Virus record (IMG/VR): IMGVR_UViG_3300021426_000008
Length of the DNA: 64,000 nt
Source: a virus
Lineage: Duplodnaviria > Heunggongvirae > Uroviricota > Caudoviricetes
Direction: 5' to 3' (one strand)
Shown: positions 58,395 to 64,000 of the stretch, piece after piece
Position numbering within the stretch: position 1 is the first letter of the stretch
Layout: each line of letters starts with the position of its first letter
Notes under the pieces: model-generated
What the model was told of the DNA's origin: nothing
The model's database searches: none
Seen by the model: only the letters and a program-made list of their open reading frames with translations
Made by a program: the position numbers and the translations under genes

Positions 58395-60849
58395 TTGTTA
58401 CCTCCTCATTACTTATATTTATTTTATTTACACCATATTGTCTGTGTGTTACATTGTCAGTCATTCCATTTGTAACCAATAAATTATCTAAGCCATCAGT
58501 TAAGTGTATCGGTTTTGCAAGTCCTAAATTGCCTACGTAAACAGTACCAATACGATAGCCATCTTCACATTTTACCATTGCAATCGGAGTGGACCCTTGT
58601 GTTCCATAAGATACACCGTCTTCCCAATGTAATACGTGGTGAGGCATAGTTAGCACAGATGAAGTCATTGTTGACAAATCATAAATTGTCAAAGTACGAA
58701 TAAGACCGGCTACAGACCAACCAGTGACACAATAACGTTTATATAAGTCCATTCTTCCACTTGGATAAGTAACTGTGGTTTCTTCCGTTATCGCTAGGGT
58801 TGATTTGTTAATTCGATTTTTTCCAAACCAACAGTAAGTAGAATCGTGTGTTGAGTTTTCTGTCATTATTATTGGCCAAGCAAGCACAGAGCTTAAATCG
58901 AGAATCTTTGTAAGAGTTTTTCCTCCACTATCTTCCTTTATAGTGTCAGTAATACCATCTAAGCATACATAACGTCCATAAAATTGAGAACGGTCATTAT
59001 TTTGAGTTTGAAAGAAAATGTTAATATCAGTTCCGTTAATATCTGGTGCAATGACTGTCCTCATAGATGTATAAGTTGTTGAGGCAGTAAACGTTAATAG
59101 CTTTTTACATTTAAACTCACTTTCTGTCAAATCTATACTGTATACCCAACCAGATTGTAAAGTATTACTATATATATAAAAATGTATCTTAGAATGTAAA
59201 AGGTCAGGTAAAATGGTAGTCAAATAACAAACTTCTTCACCACTATCAGTCAACGAGATAGATTCTCGTTTTTCTTCGGCATAATAACAACGAATAATTT
59301 CACAAGTAGTCTCTGAACCACTATTCATTTTACTGTAAAATAATATTACACTGTCATCTAAAGGTGTCACGTACGCGTGTCGTTGAGTATATAAAGTGTA
59401 AGAAATTAAGGTTTTTTGTTCAGTGTCAAAAATTTTAAGACTACCACCTGTAAAATCGCAACATATAGCATATCTATTGTTATAAGAGTAGAATGTATAT
59501 TGGTAATTTGTTCCAATCACATAGTCAAATTCAGATAAATCTTTTGGAGTATACAACAAGTCATATTGACCAGATGTAAAATTTTCAGGTAGATTGACAT
59601 TCTTATAAACTGCATTGTTATTCAAATCTGTTAAAGAGCTGATGATATATGGAATATATTTTGTACTAACATAAGACTTTTGACCATATACCTCCTCCTG
59701 AGAAGTTGTTAATGTTTTGACCTGTTCTCCCCAAAGATTACTTAATAGACTAATATTACTAATATAATTTTCTCTGTCATAAGTACCTGTAATGATCCCA
59801 TTTTTACCATATCCAACTAAACCGATAGACAATTCATCTGGAGTTCGAAAAGTTAACTGAGTTTTTGCCAAATAATATTTAGTTTCTGGTTTATGTATCA
59901 ACTCAGTAGTATGACGATACCAATGGGTTTTGCTGGTATAATACATAGTTATACTCTCACTTGGAAATGCTACTGGAATCCAACCATTTTCAAATGCCTT
60001 AAAGTCAATCGGGGTAACAATATCTTCAACCGAAAGATTTCCGTCAAACAAAACATATCTGCTCTCAATAGTATAAACAGCTGTGAGTTCAGTTGAAGTA
60101 TAAGTCTCATTCTCTAAATCTAACGAATATTTATATAACTTAACGTCTGTTCCATAGACACTAACGTATAATTTGTTATTATAAACTGAAGGTGGAACAT
60201 AGTCATCTTTATCAGAGGTTGCAAAAAGTTCATATTCTCCAGTCTTTTTCTTGACTAAAGTTGCCTTGCGAAGGTCTTCTTTAAGTTGAAGTAAAATATT
60301 TTGTAAATGAGTATTTCCAGCAACTTCTAGCCAAACATCTTCACACTCTGCTTCAGAAGTTAGTTCAAAATTAGTAAAAGCTATATTAAAATTAAGATTA
60401 CCTTGTGTTCCATATTGATATAAACCATTAAAACATTTTCCGATTGTTTTGAGCATAACAGTTAGTTGGTCTAAATTACAATGTTCATTATAATAAAGTT
60501 TCATAATATATGGTAATTTGTTATTCTCAGGTAAGGAAGTTTGACGAGTCCAATTATGACCATCCTCGCTAGTGTATTGTAAATAAATGTCTTGAGTTTT
60601 ATTATTGTATAATTTCCATAAAGTAGAAGTAATTTCAATTTTCAAATAACCCAAACTAGTTGACCCAGCCAACAGTGTTCCATTTTCATCATATAAATTA
60701 ACACCGTGAGTAAAACTCCTCCGCTGGAAAATCTTTAATATATACTGTTGGAAAAGCATACATATCAGGCATAGTGATTTCACCATATTGAGCAGCTCGT
60801 TCATCTTTATACTCCAATATATTTGGATATGGTACGAAACCTTCACCAT
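58381..60849 (-). CDS. Tail fiber paralog B, C-terminal portion (continuation of 60698..62287 in the +1 frame)
   Basis: YLQYTSEDGHNWTRQ...CFNGLYQYGTQ aligns with MRVEYESQDGITYTR...KYFDGLYEYALNQ of paralog A. Confidence 0.45.
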   Translation of the reverse strand: MVKVSYHIQIYWSIKMNELLNMVKSLCLICMLFQQYILKIFQRRSFTHGVNLYDENGTLLAGSTSLGYLKIEITSTLWKLYNNKTQDIYLQYTSEDGHNWTRQTSLPENNKLPYIMKLYYNEHCNLDQLTVMLKTIGKCFNGLYQYGTQGNLNFNIAFTNFELTSEAECEDVWLEVAGNTHLQNILLQLKEDLRKATLVKKKTGEYELFATSDKDDYVPPSVYNNKLYVSVYGTDVKLYKYSLDLENETYTSTELTAVYTIESRYVLFDGNLSVEDIVTPIDFKAFENGWIPVAFPSESITMYYTSKTHWYRHTTELIHKPETKYYLAKTQLTFRTPDELSIGLVGYGKNGIITGTYDRENYISNISLLSNLWGEQVKTLTTSQEEVYGQKSYVSTKYIPYIISSLTDLNNNAVYKNVNLPENFTSGQYDLLYTPKDLSEFDYVIGTNYQYTFYSYNNRYAICCDFTGGSLKIFDTEQKTLISYTLYTQRHAYVTPLDDSVILFYSKMNSGSETTCEIIRCYYAEEKRESISLTDSGEEVCYLTTILPDLLHSKIHFYIYSNTLQSGWVYSIDLTESEFKCKKLLTFTASTTYTSMRTVIAPDINGTDINIFFQTQNNDRSQFYGRYVCLDGITDTIKEDSGGKTLTKILDLSSVLAWPIIMTENSTHDSTYCWFGKNRINKSTLAITEETTVTYPSGRMDLYKRYCVTGWSVAGLIRTLTIYDLSTMTSSVLTMPHHVLHWEDGVSYGTQGSTPIAMVKCEDGYRIGTVYVGNLGLAKPIHLTDGLDNLLVTNGMTDNVTHRQYGVNKINISNEEVTNGEN

Positions 60850-62287
60850 AAACCGCGGCTAAATCTCCCTTTGTGGCAGTTGGGTCTGCCTGCATAGCTT
60901 GTTCAGTTTCAAATCTTTTGATATGTGTAGTTTTATTGTATAATTCAGCAGTACCAGTTATTTTTGTATCATTTCGATACGCTGTTTTTCCGTATGCAAT
61001 ATCACTAGCCACAGCTGTTGCATCAGATGTATCTAAATGAAATGAGTTGGCATAAAGAGTCCATCCTACAATCGGTTGCACAGACCCACTACTCGTATAA
61101 TCTATAGTAGAAAGTCCTCCACTTAAATTTGTATAGTTTGCTGTGCCATCAGAATTTATTGTTACAATCAAATCAGTTCCTAAAATGTTAGTTGCTCCAT
61201 CCGTACCAGAAATAAGATTTTCTAAATTGACGGTTTGGTTTAAGGTATAAGTGCTGGCGGCTAAGTCTAATGCGTATATTTTAAGTTGTTCATTTGAACA
61301 CATATAATAAGGCGAATATTCACTCACTTCTGGTATAATAAATCCAACACTTGTAGTAATTTGATTATTATAAATAGGTCTTACCGGAAAACATAATTTT
61401 CCAATGGCAGTATCTCCTGCCCAAGGAGAATGTAACACAGTATCAGCAGTAATTACTAACGCATAAATAACACCTCCAATAGACGTAACTTCTACACTTG
61501 TAGCAGCGGTAGGAGTTGGTGTAGACCACACGCTACTTAAATCTGCTGTCTGTAACGATTGTTCACTAATAATTTTATTTATAATAGGTGTAATTAAATT
61601 TACCGCAATACTTGTATCCGTTGAGGTAGATGTATATTCCACACTTGGCACGCTTATATCTACTACACAACCAGATTTTTTAGGTAGATTTATTCCCGAA
61701 TAATTTGCGTACTTAAAATAACCCAACATTCCATCATTAGTATTATATACTATAGCTTCGTCGTCTATTTCAGCAGAGGCTATTTCCATAGCAGCCATCG
61801 AAGCAAAACGTTTTATACCATCACTAGTTGTCGGAATATTAACAGTAACCTCTCCCAAACCAGTATAACCACTGTCAGCGGTATATATACCGTTTTCAGT
61901 AATAATTTTATCTTGATTATTTACCTGACTACTTGGCACATTTATATTTAGTGTAACCATATCAAACCCGTCATAACCTGTATCAGGTAATAACTGTATA
62001 TTAGTGTTTTGTGTAAAATCATAAGTTTTTGATTGTAATTGTTTTTCTGGTACAGCAACGGTTAATTCCAACTCGTCAATCGCATCATATCCTGAGCTGG
62101 GAGTAATCGTTTGCGTACCATTCGCAGAAATATTCAACACTCTTTGTTCATACGTACCTTGTGAAGGAAGGGCTAATATCTCTGTATCAAAATTGGCGGC
62201 AGGAATATTGGTTTCTGAACCTTTTTTAGTCTTAATCGCACTTGCTACGTCTGTTAAAAAATTACTTAAATTATTTACTCGAGCCAT
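60698..62287 (-). CDS. Tail fiber paralog B, N-terminal portion
   Basis: Conserved N-terminus MARVNNLSNFLTDVASAIK. Ends in a 150-nt overlap with the next ORF. Confidence 0.45.
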   Translation of the reverse strand: MARVNNLSNFLTDVASAIKTKKGSETNIPAANFDTEILALPSQGTYEQRVLNISANGTQTITPSSGYDAIDELELTVAVPEKQLQSKTYDFTQNTNIQLLPDTGYDGFDMVTLNINVPSSQVNNQDKIITENGIYTADSGYTGLGEVTVNIPTTSDGIKRFASMAAMEIASAEIDDEAIVYNTNDGMLGYFKYANYSGINLPKKSGCVVDISVPSVEYTSTSTDTSIAVNLITPIINKIISEQSLQTADLSSVWSTPTPTAATSVEVTSIGGVIYALVITADTVLHSPWAGDTAIGKLCFPVRPIYNNQITTSVGFIIPEVSEYSPYYMCSNEQLKIYALDLAASTYTLNQTVNLENLISGTDGATNILGTDLIVTINSDGTANYTNLSGGLSTIDYTSSGSVQPIVGWTLYANSFHLDTSDATAVASDIAYGKTAYRNDTKITGTAELYNKTTHIKRFETEQAMQADPTATKGDLAAVYGEGFVPYPNILEYKDERAAQYGEITMPDMYAFPTVYIKDFPAEEFYSRC

Positions 62288-62301
62288 TTCGCTCCTCCTT
62301 T

Positions 62302-62937
62302 CTAATAACTTCTACTCAAAGCATTTGTAATTGACGTTTGTATCGCTGTATCTGTATATTGATTAGCACTTGTTACTGCGCTGGTTCCAACACCATCGGC
62401 ATAATCTTTCGCATTTTGTTCAGCTGTACTAGCTTTTTCGTCAGCATAAGATTTTGCATTTGCTTCAGCAGTAGAAGCCTGTCCCTCTGCATAAGTTTTA
62501 GCAGAATTTAGAGTTAACACACCAGCAGCCTCAATCGCGTTCATCATTTCTTGAGTAGTTGAATATTTTGAAATATCAAATTCAACCATACCTACTGGGT
62601 CCCATTTTGTACCAGTCCAATGATATTCTACAAAACCACCTTTTCCGTCAGGTACTAAATAAATTTTTTGAATATCACCTTCTGCTGGTAATTCATCTAC
62701 GATTACATATATAGATGTATCTACCATACTAGCAATTATTTCGTTTAATGTAGAGTATGTACCATCTGGGTTTAACCATTTATTAGGTAATGCAGGTTTT
62801 GAATCCCACGCGCTATCGGGATTTACTACTGTATTTCCTTGCATATCTGTAACAGAACCATCTGCTTGCAACAATTTATTAGGTAATCCTTTTTTACTAT
62901 CTAATATGTAAGTTGCCTCATTTTCTTTTTTAGCCAT
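62302..62937 (-). CDS. Fiber-like protein with internal repeats
   Basis: Repeats KKGLPNKLLQADGS / KPALPNKWLNPDGT and STAEANAKSYAD / STAEQNAKDYAD. Confidence 0.4.
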   Translation of the reverse strand: MAKKENEATYILDSKKGLPNKLLQADGSVTDMQGNTVVNPDSAWDSKPALPNKWLNPDGTYSTLNEIIASMVDTSIYVIVDELPAEGDIQKIYLVPDGKGGFVEYHWTGTKWDPVGMVEFDISKYSTTQEMMNAIEAAGVLTLNSAKTYAEGQASTAEANAKSYADEKASTAEQNAKDYADGVGTSAVTSANQYTDTAIQTSITNALSRSY

Positions 62938-63304
62938 TTGTATTTTCTCCTTTCTTAATATTATCTATTTCTTCTTGAAGACGTTGATTTTCTTCTTCTA
63001 ATTTTTTATTTTCTTCTTCTAATTCTTGTATTTTTAATTTTAATTTATGGGTTTCTTTTTCTAGGTTTAATTTTTCTGACTTTAATTTATAATTTTCTTG
63101 CTCTAGGTTTGCTACACGTGCCTCTAATTTAGCCATTCTTTCATTCATTCTCTGGTCTATCTCCAACATACTTTTAATATCGGTATTTATTGCTTCAGCA
63201 TTAACTTTTCTTTTTTCTGTTAATGACTTCACAATCGCTCCTATGACGCCTCCACCAAGTAATGAACCTACCATTGTAGCAATAACTCCCCAGTCTATTC
63301 CCAT
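62930..63304 (-). CDS. Small membrane protein with a long coiled coil
   Basis: N-terminal TM (GSLLGGGVIGAIV) and EEENKKLEEENQRLQEE heptads. Confidence 0.4.
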   Translation of the reverse strand: MGIDWGVIATMVGSLLGGGVIGAIVKSLTEKRKVNAEAINTDIKSMLEIDQRMNERMAKLEARVANLEQENYKLKSEKLNLEKETHKLKLKIQELEEENKKLEEENQRLQEEIDNIKKGENTNG

Positions 63305-63324
63305 ATTCTCACCTCCTTGGTTTA

Positions 63325-63744
63325 TTAAATTATGTAGCGTCTATTAGTAATTTGTTGGTGCATTAACTTAACCCAGTCATTATAGACGTTTTGTTGACCT
63401 AACTCTGATTGAGAGCCTAATCCTTCCGCTCCCCTATTCAAATATGCTATGCAAGAACACTTAACGATTACTGGCCAGCAATCATTCATTACTTCTGTTA
63501 ATTGTTCTTCTTTAAATCTATTCGTCCATTGAGCAGCTTCTCTAATTACCATAGAGCATACATCTTCTAAATCAGTAGGTACTTCTTCTGTCTCTAATTC
63601 CCCAGTTTCTTCATTTACCGTTGTGATTTCGTCTAATTCAGCCTCAGTAATCTCAGCTATCTCTGGCTCACGATAGTTTTTACCTAGCATAAGTTTTGTT
63701 TTTTCCACTATTTTTTCAAATGTCATATCTGGTATTTTCGCCAT
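63325..63744 (-). CDS. Hypothetical acidic protein
   Basis: GAAGGAGG RBS. Confidence 0.45.
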   Translation of the reverse strand: MAKIPDMTFEKIVEKTKLMLGKNYREPEIAEITEAELDEITTVNEETGELETEEVPTDLEDVCSMVIREAAQWTNRFKEEQLTEVMNDCWPVIVKCSCIAYLNRGAEGLGSQSELGQQNVYNDWVKLMHQQITNRRYII

Positions 63745-63885
63745 TTGCTAGCCTCCTTCTTAAAAAATATAGACCGGTCGAAATCGTTTTTCAACCAGTC
63801 TACTAACCATATTACTTGTTCATATGATTTCCACCTATGAACAGTATAATATATTTCTTGTCTGATTACAAGTGGAGTACAAGTT

Positions 63886-63999
63886 TTATTTTCCTGTACT
63901 ACCAAATCCTCCAGCTCTTATAGCCGTAGGGTTAGAAGAATAATCATTTTCAACTTTAATAAATTTTTGTATAATTCCTTGACCAATTTTGTCACCTTT
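63886..63999 (-). CDS. 3' end of a gene that extends beyond the window
   Basis: The open frame reads ...GGFGSTGK then a stop near 63886. Partial. Confidence 0.3.
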   Translation of the reverse strand, partial: KGDKIGQGIIQKFIKVENDYSSNPTAIRAGGFGSTGK

Positions 64000-64000
64000 T

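Noticed and set aside
63723-63905. Minus-strand 60-aa ORF
   Set aside because: It overlaps the RBS and start of 63325..63744 and the late promoter region. The real upstream gene is in another frame and ends near 63886.

Overview
This 64-kb window looks like one contiguous segment of a large, low-GC tailed bacteriophage (or prophage) genome. Strong AAGGAGG-type ribosome-binding sites suggest a Firmicutes host. The layout is as follows.

- **1.5-9.7 kb, minus strand:** PBSX-type terminase large subunit, a C5-cytosine DNA methyltransferase sitting between the putative small and large terminase genes, a primase-polymerase/SF3-helicase fusion, a second DNA methyltransferase with a DPPY motif, and a PD-(D/E)XK nuclease.
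- **9.7-10.1 kb:** a divergent promoter region.
- **10-28 kb, plus strand:** an early/middle operon encoding a family-B DNA polymerase, a ParB-like nuclease, an SNF2 helicase, a VRR-NUC nuclease, an HExxH peptidase-like protein, a metallophosphoesterase, a membrane SPFH protein, an RNA-ligase-like protein, a HAD phosphatase, an HTH protein and a Dam-like N6-adenine methyltransferase.
- **28.2-31.45 kb:** a cluster of seven canonical tRNAs and two atypical ones, interleaved with an HNH homing endonuclease, small ORFs and decayed tRNA fragments. It is followed by a roughly 400-nt GC-richer stretch with no ORF.
- **32.9-34.1 kb:** a Sak4-like ATPase and a possible SSB.
- **34.1-34.6 kb:** an HNH endonuclease.
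- **35.2-63.9 kb, minus strand:** the late operon.
  - It encodes a putative major capsid protein, neck proteins, a major tail protein and a 1778-aa tape-measure protein.
  - It also encodes large tail proteins, one carrying about 11 InlB-type B-repeats, and paralogous fiber genes, one of which is split by a +1 frame change.
  - An unusual cassette of Gly/Cys-rich, BclA/C1q-like, GerW/YtfJ-like and membrane/HTH proteins is embedded between the fiber and capsid genes.
- **Regulatory signals:** several sigma-A-like promoters; a recurring CTGTTCA...TGAACAG inverted repeat at late promoters; intrinsic terminators placed inside 5' leaders.

No CRISPR array, integrase, portal or endolysin was recognised in this window. 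All functional calls come from motifs read by eye and carry no database support.
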